Below are positions 1 to 8,994 of a stretch of 64,000 bases of DNA, one piece after another. Position 1 is the stretch's first letter, and each line of letters opens with the position of its first letter. The position numbers and the translations under genes are program-made. Source of the DNA: Thermoanaerobaculia bacterium (GTDB lineage: Bacteria; Acidobacteriota; Thermoanaerobaculia; Multivoradales; Multivoraceae); assembly GCA_963664405.1 (NCBI GenBank), contig OY761158.1, forward strand, positions 1,664,001 to 1,728,000, given 5' to 3'. Under the pieces are notes generated by a model, which worked only from the letters and a program-made list of their open reading frames with translations, was not told the DNA's origin and did not search any database.

Positions 1-1081
1 GATCGGTCAGGCACCCCAGCTGGGCAGCTCGAGATCCCGCTTTGACCTTCCCCGGCCACCGCACGATGAACGGGATCCGATGCCCACCGTCCCAGATGTC
101 GCCCTTGTAACCACGAAATTGGGCGCTGGGGAAATGGCCCTTGGCCTCCATTTCGGCGGCGCCGATGTAGTGCGCACAGCCATTGTCACTGGTGAAGATG
201 ACCAGGGTGTCGTCAGTGAGTCCTTGCTCCTCCAGAGCTTGGAGCACCTCTCCCACCGCGGCATCGGTCTGCATGACGAAATCGGCGTATTCGTGACCGA
301 GACTGCTCTTGCCCTTCCACTCCTCCGTCGGGGCGATCGGCGTATGAGGGGAATTGAACGGAAGATAGAGAAAGAAAGGTTGCCCCTGCTTGGCGAGCGG
401 TCCTCGTTCATTGACATAGCCGACGGCCTTCTCGGTTATGGCAGGAAGCATCTCGACCGCATCGATATCGGCGATCACCCGGCCGTTCTCCATCAGCGCC
501 CGCATCGAGCGAGCGTGCTCGAAGCCGAAGAAATAGTCGAAGCCTCGGGTGAGCGGCCCCTCGGTTATCGCGGTCCCGACCGGGAAGGGTCCGTTCTCCT
601 CCAGAGTCTCGGTCGGATGGGTGAGGTGCATCCCCAGATGCCACTTGCCAACGATCCCGGTGTGGTAGCCCTGACTTTGTAGAAGAGATCCGACCGTCAG
701 TCGGCCCTCGGCGATCAGAGGATCCGCGTCCGCGGTGTCGACAACCCCCTCCTGCAACCGCGTTCGCCAGGCGTATCGACCGGTCAAGACGCCGTAGCGG
801 GTGGGAGAGCACACCGCCGACCCTGAATGGGTGTCGGTGAAGACCATGCCCTGACGAGCCAGACTGTCGATATGGGGCGTCGGGATCTTTCCTCTCTCGG
901 GGTTGAGAACGCTGACGTCACCGTAGCCGAGATCGTCGCAGATGATGTAGACGATGTTTGGAAGCTTGCCTTCTCCGGCTGCCGTCGCCGTGCTGGGGGC
1001 GAGCGCGCCGACTCTCAGCCTTCCACTGAAGACAGAGAGGCTGCCAATCGCCGACATCAACAAGAAATCTCGTCTATCCAT
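1..1081 (-). CDS. Arylsulfatase (formylglycine-dependent), Tat-exported; runs off the left edge of the window
   Basis: Manual translation: MDRRDFLL (Tat motif), PNIVYIICDDLGYGD, VCSPTRYGVLTGRY (CxPxR), RGYKGDIWDGGHRIPFIVRWPG; GAGGAG RBS upstream. Absent from the ORF track because there is no stop inside the window. Confidence 0.9.
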   Translation of the reverse strand, partial: MDRRDFLLMSAIGSLSVFSGRLRVGALAPSTATAAGEGKLPNIVYIICDDLGYGDVSVLNPERGKIPTPHIDSLARQGMVFTDTHSGSAVCSPTRYGVLTGRYAWRTRLQEGVVDTADADPLIAEGRLTVGSLLQSQGYHTGIVGKWHLGMHLTHPTETLEENGPFPVGTAITEGPLTRGFDYFFGFEHARSMRALMENGRVIADIDAVEMLPAITEKAVGYVNERGPLAKQGQPFFLYLPFNSPHTPIAPTEEWKGKSSLGHEYADFVMQTDAAVGEVLQALEEQGLTDDTLVIFTSDNGCAHYIGAAEMEAKGHFPSAQFRGYKGDIWDGGHRIPFIVRWPGKVKAGSRAAQLGCLTD

Positions 1082-1335
1082 CGTCGTGCTCCTCTTGACC
1101 GCCGCGACTGTCGAACCCGCAGACTACACCAGCTGATCTCGAGGCCTGGCAGGCCCGCGTTTTACTCGGCGGCCCGCGTGTGTCGGCTACTCACAACAGG
1201 CGCCACCATGGAACGGCCAGAATCCGAGGCGACATCCACTGCATTTCGCGAATCCCGGCAAGTACTGCGAATCGACCATGAGGTGGGCGAATATCGCCCA
1301 CTGGTGATCTGGTGTTTTGATGCTAATATGCATTC

Positions 1336-1572
1336 ATGTCGCGCTTGACCATCACGTTGCCGGACGAGCTTCATCGCGCCCTCAAAGAAGCGGCGGCTAG
1401 CCGCCGTCGCACGATCGGCGAGTTGGTCGCGGAGAGCCTCGAACGCTACGGGATCAAGTCAGCCGAATCTGGGCGAGAGCTGGTGGCCCGAGCCCGGTCC
1501 CATAGCCGCCTGGAAGAGAAAGAAGCGCTCGGGATCGCGATCTCCGAGACGCGGCTCAGCCGCTCCCCGTGA
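1336..1572 (+). CDS. CopG/ribbon-helix-helix antitoxin
   Basis: MSRLTITLPDELHRALKEAAA RHH pattern; GTGA overlap with the downstream PIN gene. Confidence 0.85.
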   Translation: MSRLTITLPDELHRALKEAAASRRRTIGELVAESLERYGIKSAESGRELVARARSHSRLEEKEALGIAISETRLSRSP

Positions 1573-1994
1573 GGCCACCCTGGGCAGTGGTCGATACCAA
1601 CGTCGTCATTTCCGGCCTGCTCACCGGCGCTCGGGCCTCCCCGACTCCACGCATTCTCGACGCGATGCTGGCCGGAACCCTGAGTTTTCTCCTATCGGTG
1701 CCCCTGCTCTCGGAGTACGGGACAGTGATGCTACGACCTCGCGTCGCAGCTCTCCACGGTCTCGACGAAAGAGCGATCGATCACATTCTGGAGGCCCTCG
1801 CTCGAAATGGCGCTCTCCGCCAGCCGCTCTCGATTCCTCCAGTGCCGGGTGACGCCGGCGACCAGCACCTCTGGGAGCTTCTCGCTCGCGAGCCTGGCGC
1901 CGTGCTGGTGACTGGCGATCAGGGTCTCCTGTCTTCTCCCCCACACTGGGCATCGGTCTCGACACCGGCAGCCTGGATCGAGAGGTCGCCGTGA
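1569..1994 (+). CDS. PIN-domain toxin (putative TA toxin component)
   Basis: AVVDTNVVISGLL, DAGDQHL, LVTGD PIN motifs. Confidence 0.88.
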   Translation: MRPPWAVVDTNVVISGLLTGARASPTPRILDAMLAGTLSFLLSVPLLSEYGTVMLRPRVAALHGLDERAIDHILEALARNGALRQPLSIPPVPGDAGDQHLWELLAREPGAVLVTGDQGLLSSPPHWASVSTPAAWIERSP

Positions 1995-2059
1995 GCCGAG
2001 ACCCCGCTCATCTGGAGCTCGACATTGATCGGGTCATCTATATGATCTAGTATAAAACC

Positions 2060-2308
2060 ATGATTCGGATCAACATCGCCGAGGCGAAAACCCACCTGTC
2101 GCACTATCTCGAGAGTGTCGAGAAGGGCGAGGTCGTTGTGCTTTGTCGGCGCAACATCCCAATCGCCGAGATCCGACCGATCCCACAGCCACCCTCGCAG
2201 CCCAGGCCGGTTGGAATCGACCGCGGAATGACCCTTCCTCCCAGCTTCTTTGAGCCTCTACCCACGGATCTACTGGATGCGTTCGAGGGCGGTGAGGCGT
2301 CCGAGTGA
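2060..2308 (+). CDS. Phd/YefM family antitoxin
   Basis: INIAEAKTHLSHYLESVEKGEVVVLCRRNIPIAEIRP. Confidence 0.9.
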   Translation: MIRINIAEAKTHLSHYLESVEKGEVVVLCRRNIPIAEIRPIPQPPSQPRPVGIDRGMTLPPSFFEPLPTDLLDAFEGGEASE

Positions 2309-2691
2309 AGCTCCTGGTAGATACCTGTACCTTCCTCTGGCTCGCCATGGACGATCCGCAACTGTCGGAGGCGGCGCGAGCTGCCTGCCGAGATACAGGC
2401 AACGAAGCGTACCTGAGCGCACTATCCGCCTGGGAGATCGCGATCAAGAACCGCTTGGGTCGGCTGCCCCTGCCGGAAGCGCCTCCTCACTACGTCGCCA
2501 GCCGACGCGAGTGGCTCCAGCTCGAGCCCCTCGCCTTCGACGAAAGCTGCGCCGCGCACGACGCGCTCCTGCCTTCTCTCCACCGCGACCCGTTCGACCG
2601 AGGCTTGGTCTCGCAGGCCATCTTGAATGGCATGACGATCGTCACGCCGGATCCGGCGATCGCTCGTTACCCGGCGCCGACCCTCTGGTGA
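2305..2691 (+). CDS. vapC: VapC PIN-domain toxin
   Basis: LLVDTCTFLW, SAWEIAIK, HRDPFDR, IVTPD. Confidence 0.92.
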   Translation: MKLLVDTCTFLWLAMDDPQLSEAARAACRDTGNEAYLSALSAWEIAIKNRLGRLPLPEAPPHYVASRREWLQLEPLAFDESCAAHDALLPSLHRDPFDRGLVSQAILNGMTIVTPDPAIARYPAPTLW

Positions 2692-2906
2692 CGCTGGCTT
2701 CTTCCTCCTCGGCCGAAGACAGAGTCGCCAACCTCCGCTGCGCCTCCCGTAGATCGTCCTCCAACCAGTCGCAAGAAGGTCAGCGTCGATCGTAGGCGCC
2801 AAGAGACGCCTTCTTGGATCCGTAGTGGTTATAGAGGGTGACGACGTCGCCTCTAGCCGATTGCACATCGCAATGTGCCTGACAGCGCGGATGTCGCAAA
2901 CCCCAG

Positions 2907-2934
2907 TTGAAATCGTTCACGGTCTGTGTATAAT
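2907..2934 (+). promoter_or_regulatory. Sigma70-like promoter upstream of the TonB receptor
   Basis: TTGAAA-N16-TATAAT; palindrome GCACAT-N4-ATGTGC at 2863-2878. Confidence 0.55.
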
Positions 2935-3118
2935 CGTACCCTCACTATCAGAGCGCCTATTTGCTCGGCCAGGTTGGAGTTATTCCTTCGGGATGAAGTC
3001 CCACGCCGCTGAGAGATCGAATTTTTCGAATCCGAATTCCACCCCACACTCCTGAGCTACGACTCGCTACAATTTCTTGAACCCGACATTCAATTTTCCG
3101 TTTCGCAGCGTAAGAAAA

Positions 3119-3165
3119 ACCCTGTATATAGTATGTCTAGGTTTCATGGACACAACATATAGTCT
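3119..3165 (+). promoter_or_regulatory. Tandem NrdR-box-like operators
   Basis: ACCCTGTATATAGTAT (3119) and ACACAACATATAGTCT (3150), 31 bp apart; resemble acaCwAtATaTwGtgt. Confidence 0.6.
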
Positions 3166-3270
3166 GGCACGGTTTTCGCAGGGTGTCTGAACGTAAGCAG
3201 CAATAGGCCGAGTCCGGCCTTCCGGCAACTTGATCCGAACCGGGAACAATGATTCTGGAGGACAGCTATC

Positions 3271-5964
3271 ATGAACGCAATCGCACGTAACTCATTTATC
3301 TGGATCTGTGCAATCGCTCTTTGCGCGTTGCCGCTATCGGCCGATGGTCCGCAGACAGGAACAATCGACGGCACCGTTACCGATGCTCAGGGCGGCGGTC
3401 TACCCGGAGTCACAGTAACGCTTACCGGACCTCAGAACACGAGGACCGAAATGACCGACGCCGAGGGCGATTACCGCTTCGCCCTGCTCCAGCCCGGGGC
3501 CTACACGGTGAACGCCAACCTGGAGGGCCTGGGCTCGGCCGAGCGCGCAGTCGCCCTCGAAATGGGGCAGCGCCAAGGCGTCGCTCTTACCTTGCAGGCA
3601 GCCACCTCCGAGACCATCACGGTCACCTCCGAGGCGGCGCTGATCTCCAAGTACGACACCGGCGCCACCTCTGCGATCCCGGAGGAGGCACTCGAGAACG
3701 TCTCCTTCACCACCCGCAACTACAACACGAGTGTCCAAATGCTGCCGGGCTTGGTAACCCGCAACCAGCAGAACGCTAGCCGCCCTTCAGTTAACGGAGG
3801 CATCCGCACCGAGATCGGTGTCTTCATCGACGGCGTCGACGTCAGCATGCCCCGTCGTGGCGGCGAGCTGCGCTTTCAGATCCCGTCGACCGTAATCACC
3901 AATACCCGGATGGAAACGTCGGGTTTCGCCTCCGAGTACGGCCGCGCCACCAGCGGTGTCATGAACTCGACGATCAAGACCGGCACCAACACCTTCCACG
4001 GCGACCTTCTCTATATCGGCCAGAACCCGAAGTGGCGGTCCGAGGACTGGCTCGGGATCGAGCGTCCTGACGATCAGATCAACAGCTTCGAGGCCGGCGT
4101 CGGTGGGCCGATCTGGCGCGACAAGGCCTGGTTCTTCGCTTCCTACAACGAACTGAATGACAACCGGCTCGACCGAACGCGTTCCGGCGACACATTCGAT
4201 GTCACGCGCACATCAGAACCGCTCATCGGCAAGGTGAACTTCACGCCCGGGAGCCGCCATCAGGTCGCGGTGACGTTGATCGACTCGCCGTCCTCAGCGG
4301 TCGGCGGTGCCGGGGGAAGCGGCGACCAGTACGCCGTCATGACCTTTCCGATCAACAACAGGATCCAGACCGGGACCTGGAGCTTCGCCATGACCAACTC
4401 CGCGTTCCTCGAAACCAAGCTGGCCAACCGCGAAGAGGTGGTGGGACGCAATGCTCACCCCCCCGCCCCGATCATCCCCGGCGTGTCTTTTGACGATCCC
4501 AACGGCAACGACTTCCGCTACCAAGATCTCGACGACGCTTTGCGATATAACGGTCCCTCGATACGCCTGGGCGCTGGGTTCAACGACTTTCCGCGCGATC
4601 AGGCGAATGCCTCGGTGACCCTGTTCAAGGGAAATCACGAGCTCAAGGGCGGCGTCGACTTCCAGGACGTCACTTTCAGCAACCTGACCAGCATCGAGAC
4701 CGAGTTTCGCGGCCGTGGTTTCTGCCGAGAGTGCACCGGAGGCTTCCTCGCGCCGTCCACCAAGCGGGTCTTCGAGCTCGGCCCCCCGGTCTCGATGAAT
4801 AGCCTGATGAGTGCAGCTTATGTCCAGGACCGGATGGAGGTCGGTGACAAGCTGACCTTCAACGTGGGGCTGCGCTACGACGAACAGTGGATCGACAACG
4901 ACCTCCTCGAGCGAGTCAACGAGTACAGCGAGTGGGCGCCGCGCGCAACCGTGGTCTACGACATCAACGCCGACGGCAAGATGCTGGTGCGCGGCAGCGT
5001 GGGGCGCTACTACCACAACATCGGCCTCGGTGTCGTCTTCCAGGAGTTCACCCGCGGCAACAACGGTGAGAACATCTACGACCAGTTCCTCTTTAACTCT
5101 GCGACGGGGTTTTACGACATCTTTCAGCGCCACGTCGAGCCGGTCGCGGGTAACGCTGTCTCGAACATCGTGCCCCACTACAAAGACGAGGCGTCGTTGG
5201 GCTTCGACTGGCAGTTCGCCGACAACTGGGTCTTCACCTCGCGCCTCACCGTAAGCGAGATTGACAACATCTTCAGCGCCAGCCTTCAGTACGACGAAGC
5301 TGGCGCAGTCGTCCGCGATCTGCGCAACTGGCCCAACAACACACGTGAGCATACGGGTCTCGTGTTGGCGGCCAACCGAGCGTTTCGTAACAACTGGTCG
5401 GTGCAGGCCAACGTGAGTTTTCTCGACACCCCTGGCACCATCGAATCCGCCAACGACAATGACGATCACAATGAAGGCTTCGGTGGCTGCACACTGCCGG
5501 GAGGAGCTGGCCTTTGCAACATCACCAGCACATCCCTTTGGGACGGAGCGCTCGGGGTGGACAGGGACTACTTGATCAACCTCGTCGGCATGAAGCGTTG
5601 GGCGTTCGGCAAGCATGACGTCATGACCAGCGCTTTCTTCCACTATTCCTCCGGTGAGGCCTGGGGATTGTGGCCCAGCGACAATGTCTTTCACCCGGTG
5701 TCCGGACAGAGAATCCGTACTACGGGTCCCACCGAAGCGAGGGACGCCAATAGCCTCGAGGACTATTTCACCCTCAACTTGAATGCCACCTACCAGTTCC
5801 CGATCGGGGGTAAGTTTCAGGGCATTATCGGCGCTGAGGCCTCCAACATCACCGACGAGTCGGACCAGACCCGCGTCAACATACGGAACGGCAACCCGAA
5901 TAACACGGTCGATGCTTTCACTTTGCCGCGGGAGTTCCGCCTCAAGCTCGGTCTCCGGTTCTAA
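3271..5964 (+). CDS. TonB-dependent receptor (Oar-like, N-terminal carboxypeptidase-regulatory-like domain)
   Basis: Signal peptide, GTIDGTVTDAQGGGLPGVTVTL, SEYGRATSGVMN..KTGTNTFHG plug, LTFNVGLRYD, C-terminal LGLRF. Confidence 0.93.
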   Translation: MNAIARNSFIWICAIALCALPLSADGPQTGTIDGTVTDAQGGGLPGVTVTLTGPQNTRTEMTDAEGDYRFALLQPGAYTVNANLEGLGSAERAVALEMGQRQGVALTLQAATSETITVTSEAALISKYDTGATSAIPEEALENVSFTTRNYNTSVQMLPGLVTRNQQNASRPSVNGGIRTEIGVFIDGVDVSMPRRGGELRFQIPSTVITNTRMETSGFASEYGRATSGVMNSTIKTGTNTFHGDLLYIGQNPKWRSEDWLGIERPDDQINSFEAGVGGPIWRDKAWFFASYNELNDNRLDRTRSGDTFDVTRTSEPLIGKVNFTPGSRHQVAVTLIDSPSSAVGGAGGSGDQYAVMTFPINNRIQTGTWSFAMTNSAFLETKLANREEVVGRNAHPPAPIIPGVSFDDPNGNDFRYQDLDDALRYNGPSIRLGAGFNDFPRDQANASVTLFKGNHELKGGVDFQDVTFSNLTSIETEFRGRGFCRECTGGFLAPSTKRVFELGPPVSMNSLMSAAYVQDRMEVGDKLTFNVGLRYDEQWIDNDLLERVNEYSEWAPRATVVYDINADGKMLVRGSVGRYYHNIGLGVVFQEFTRGNNGENIYDQFLFNSATGFYDIFQRHVEPVAGNAVSNIVPHYKDEASLGFDWQFADNWVFTSRLTVSEIDNIFSASLQYDEAGAVVRDLRNWPNNTREHTGLVLAANRAFRNNWSVQANVSFLDTPGTIESANDNDDHNEGFGGCTLPGGAGLCNITSTSLWDGALGVDRDYLINLVGMKRWAFGKHDVMTSAFFHYSSGEAWGLWPSDNVFHPVSGQRIRTTGPTEARDANSLEDYFTLNLNATYQFPIGGKFQGIIGAEASNITDESDQTRVNIRNGNPNNTVDAFTLPREFRLKLGLRF

Positions 5965-6003
5965 GCACACCGAGACATAAATCGGTTTAGCTCAGATCCC
6001 AAG

Positions 6004-6035
6004 GCACCGGCGGCTTCGGCCGCCGGTGTTTTTTT
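6004..6035 (+). terminator. Rho-independent terminator
   Basis: GCACCGGCGGC-TTCG-GCCGCCGGTGT followed by a T-run. Confidence 0.9.
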
Positions 6036-6042
6036 ATGTTCG

Positions 6043-6241
6043 AGAGGAGTCGACGTTATCTCGTGGCGGCGGCTCTGATCGGCAGCGTCATCTCTTCGTC
6101 GAGTGAGAAGTCGGCTTGTGCTCGGACGAGACTGACTTAGCAGCGGCGCGTGAAGCGCCAGCTTTCGGCACGCAGCGCTTCGGTGAGGAAACCGTTGGCT
6201 GAGGATCTTTCGAGCTCCTGGCGCGTGTAGGCAAAGAGATC
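6043..6241. pseudogene. Duplicated remnant: 3' end of the AAA/DUF4143 ATPase plus 3' end of the nucleotidyltransferase
   Basis: Near-identical to approximately 55942-56141. Confidence 0.85.
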
Positions 6242-6365
6242 CCGGCAGCCTTCGGCTGCCAAGGTGCCAGCCGAACATTCTGCCCTGCATTCGGGGAGGG
6301 ATTTGCAGCCGAGCGGTCAGCCCGCAGGGCTGATCGCGAACGCCCAAGATCCCGCTGGGGCTACC
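6241..6365. repeat. Dispersed structured repeat, unit A (hairpin ... GAGGGATTTGC ... ATCCCGCTGGGGCTACC)
   Basis: Related copies at 58230-58358 and 62326-62415. Confidence 0.8.
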
Positions 6366-6494
6366 TGGGTGCAGGTTTCAGCCGGGTTGATGCGAAGAAC
6401 CAGAGGAGAGAATCGGGGATCTTCTGTTGGTACACCTCCACGTTTTCTCATCCCCCTCATCTTCGGACCTCTGGACTCCGATACAATGCTCCCG

Positions 6495-6704
6495 ATGAGC
6501 GAGTTGGTATTCGAGGTGACCCAGGAGGGAGATGGGGGCTTCGTCGCTGAGTGTCTGACGGAACCGATCTTCACTCAAGCCGACAGCTGGGAAGAACTCC
6601 GGCGCAACGCCCGCGAGGCCGTGAGTGCCTTCTTCGATGAGTCGAAGTGCCCCACCTCGATCCGACTTCATCTCGTGCGCGACGAAGTGCTCGCAACTGG
6701 ATGA
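6495..6704 (+). CDS. HicB-like antitoxin
   Basis: MSELVFEVTQEGDGGFVAECLTEPIFTQADSWEELRRNAREAV; directly upstream of a HicA-like gene. Confidence 0.8.
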   Translation: MSELVFEVTQEGDGGFVAECLTEPIFTQADSWEELRRNAREAVSAFFDESKCPTSIRLHLVRDEVLATG

Positions 6705-6940
6705 AGCTCCCGCGGGATCTCAGCGGCGAGCGTCTGATCCGAGCGCTCTGCAAGCACTGGGACTATCGCCGCGTCCACCAGGTAGGTAGCCACGTAATCT
6801 TGGAGACCGACGAGCCTTCACGCCAACGTATCGTGGTGCCCGCCCACAAGGTCCTCCGGGTGGGCACGCTGAACGCAATCCTGAGGTCCGTAGCGGCGCA
6901 CAAGGGAGACTCGCGAGACAAGATCCTCGCGACCTTCTAG
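6701..6940 (+). CDS. hicA: HicA-family toxin
   Basis: [18 protein letters not shown] (GSH motif), [16 protein letters not shown]. Confidence 0.88.
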   Translation: MKLPRDLSGERLIRALCKHWDYRRVHQVGSHVILETDEPSRQRIVVPAHKVLRVGTLNAILRSVAAHKGDSRDKILATF

Positions 6941-6984
6941 AGGAACGCTGAGCACGACCAGAACTCGCGCGATCTGCTCGGAGA

Positions 6985-7140
6985 GACTGCCGCCAGACCC
7001 TCCCAATGAGCCTGCAGGAACGTCTTCCACGGCGTCCGCCGGCTCCGCTCAGGAGCCGGCTCGATCCCATGGTCTTGCAGGATCCTCTTGACCGTGTTGC
7101 GAGCGATCTTGTGACCGAGGTTAGCGAGTGCCCCACGCAC
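6985..7140 (-). pseudogene. Integrase/transposase (rve-type) internal fragment
   Basis: [45 protein letters not shown]; no DDE core present. Confidence 0.7.
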
Positions 7141-7209
7141 TACTCGTTCCCGATCAAGGGTTCGTGGCAGGGCGTTATCGGCGCCGAGGCCTCCAACATA
7201 ACCGACGAG
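7141..7209 (+). pseudogene. Remnant of the C-terminal part of another Oar-like TonB receptor paralog
   Basis: [23 protein letters not shown] versus [23 protein letters not shown] at 5791-5859. Confidence 0.75.
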
Positions 7210-7254
7210 GGCGTTCAGACCGGTACGGCCTCGACGACTGGCCTGCGCTGCTCA

Positions 7255-7674
7255 TCAACGGTCGAGGGTACCGGGTGCTGCGACCCATTCTGTGGGCTGG
7301 CCGGTGACCTTGGCGATCCGCTCGTAATCATCGTCGTAGTGCAGCACCGTCAGGTTGGCGCTCTCCGCCGTCGCGGCGACAACAAGATCCACCGGCTTTG
7401 CTCCGCGCTGGAGGCCGGCGCCGGCCATGAGACCGGCGACATGGAGGGCGCGGTTCAAGACCTCTGGAGTGATCACTGCCTCGGGCAGCGCCAACCTCTC
7501 GCTGATGACCTCGGGAACGTCGCCAGACCGCGATCCGTACACCACCACGAGGTCGAGAAGGCGGCAGCCGAAGAGGCGTCCGACTTCGGCCAACTCCTGG
7601 AGCCGAGAACCGACAGCGCTCTGAGGCGCGCGCGCTAGAACAGAAGTGTCGACCAAGTAACTCGGCTCAGCCAT
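7255..7674 (-). CDS. vapC: VapC PIN toxin (copy 1)
   Basis: YLVDTSVLAR, PVDLVVAATAE, VLHYDDDYERI. Confidence 0.9.
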   Translation of the reverse strand: MAEPSYLVDTSVLARAPQSAVGSRLQELAEVGRLFGCRLLDLVVVYGSRSGDVPEVISERLALPEAVITPEVLNRALHVAGLMAGAGLQRGAKPVDLVVAATAESANLTVLHYDDDYERIAKVTGQPTEWVAAPGTLDR

Positions 7675-7885
7675 GATCGGTCAAGCGCGGTTTACGAGCC
7701 TCCTCGATCCGATCGAGATCGAGGGAGCCCGGTCGGCGCAGACGTTCTATGTGGGCGACCGCCGTCTGACGATCGACCACGCTGCGTAACGCAATCTCGA
7801 TCGTGGCCCGAATCGTGCCCGCCCGAGTGGCACTACGAGCCCTCTCCAGCAGCTCGTCGTCGATCTCAACCAGTCGCTTCGTCAC
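7667..7885 (-). CDS. vapB: VapB antitoxin (copy 1)
   Basis: MTKRLVEIDDELLERA; overlaps vapC. Confidence 0.85.
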   Translation of the reverse strand: MTKRLVEIDDELLERARSATRAGTIRATIEIALRSVVDRQTAVAHIERLRRPGSLDLDRIEEARKPRLTDHG

Positions 7886-7957
7886 GAAGGGAGTATATAC
7901 CTAACACCGATTCATATATACCGCTCAGACGAGTTAGCCGTTTTCCTTGCCTGGACC

Positions 7958-8593
7958 GACGTCCGCGACATCGTCAACGTAGGCGATCTCGACGCCTTCG
8001 GTCGCTTCGTGAGACTGTGTGCGGGGCGCAACGGCCAGCTCTTGAACCTCTCTTCGCTGGCCAACGACTGCGGGATTACCCACACAACCACAAGAAGGTG
8101 GCTGTCCATTCTCGAAGCGAGCTTCGTCGTCCGCCTTCTTCGCCCACACCATGCGAACTTCTCGAAGCGGCTGATCAAGAGCCCGAAGCTCTACTTTCTG
8201 GATTCCGGACTCTTGTGCTACGGCACGATGGGCCGCTACCACCACCAGGTGCACGACAAGGAAGTGTTGAAAGTCGGAATGAATGTGCACCAGATGCCCG
8301 CGGAGCAGGACACGCTGCTGCGCGATATCAGCGAAGAGAAGATCGAACCGCTGTTCGATCGAGTTAAGGAAATATCGGCTTACCGCGACAAGCGCGATCA
8401 GAAACCGTTGCTGGACTCGTTTCAGCGATTGCACGACGTCGTGCAGACCGACGAGAACATGCTTGAAGCGGTGCTCGAGTGCACGCTGGCCGGGGCAACC
8501 ATGGGTGAGATTGCCGGCATTCTCCGTCAGGCCTGGGGCACACCCTATGACCCCTACGGTCATCTCGAGTCGCCCATCGGAAGTGCGCAATGA
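7958..8593 (+). pseudogene. Chimera: internal DUF4143-ATPase fragment fused in frame to the C-terminal end of an acyl-CoA (methylmalonyl-CoA) mutase large subunit
   Basis: 7958-8221 matches approximately 55356-55619; 8222-8593 encodes VGMNVH...ENMLEAVLECTLAGATMGEIAGILRQAWG. Confidence 0.8.
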
Positions 8594-8994
8594 ATCCGAT
8601 TCGTGTGCTGGTTGGCGTGCTGGGTATGGACCAGCACGAACTGGGCGCAGTTGGCATCGCCAAGATGCTTCGCGACCAGGGTATGGAGGTGATCTATACC
8701 GGTTGCTTCAATACCCCGGAGACCATCGTGCAGACTGCCATTGAAGAAGACGCGGATGTCATCGGCATCAGCTCTCATTCCTGGGAGTATCTGTATTACA
8801 CACCCGAACTACTCGAGCTGCTGAAACAGAACGACCTCGATGTGCCCGTGGTTCTCGGTGGTTCGGTCATTACCGAGGAGGACGCCGGGAAGATGCTCGA
8901 CAAGGGTGTCGCAGCAGTATTCGGATCCGGTAGCGTAGTGACCGACATGATCGATACCGTCAGAAATCTGGCGGCCCGTGCCGCGACGTCCTGA
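8590..8994 (+). CDS. Cobalamin-binding subunit of an acyl-CoA mutase
   Basis: GMDQHELGA (DxHxxG), GMEVIYTG, VIGISS, VVLGG. Confidence 0.9.
   Translation: MNPIRVLVGVLGMDQHELGAVGIAKMLRDQGMEVIYTGCFNTPETIVQTAIEEDADVIGISSHSWEYLYYTPELLELLKQNDLDVPVVLGGSVITEEDAGKMLDKGVAAVFGSGSVVTDMIDTVRNLAARAATS

Noticed and set aside
2941-3270. Known riboswitch (cobalamin, TPP, c-di-GMP) in the receptor leader
   Set aside because: No conserved aptamer motifs recognised by eye.
4294-5970. Long antisense ORFs (also 19542-21110, 30873-32561, 47525-49027, 52104-53852)
   Set aside because: Shadow frames of high-GC genes with no recognisable motifs.
6495-6704. 2-oxoacid dehydrogenase subunit label often attached to similar small proteins
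   Set aside because: Only 69 aa and coupled to hicA; a HicB-like antitoxin fits better.
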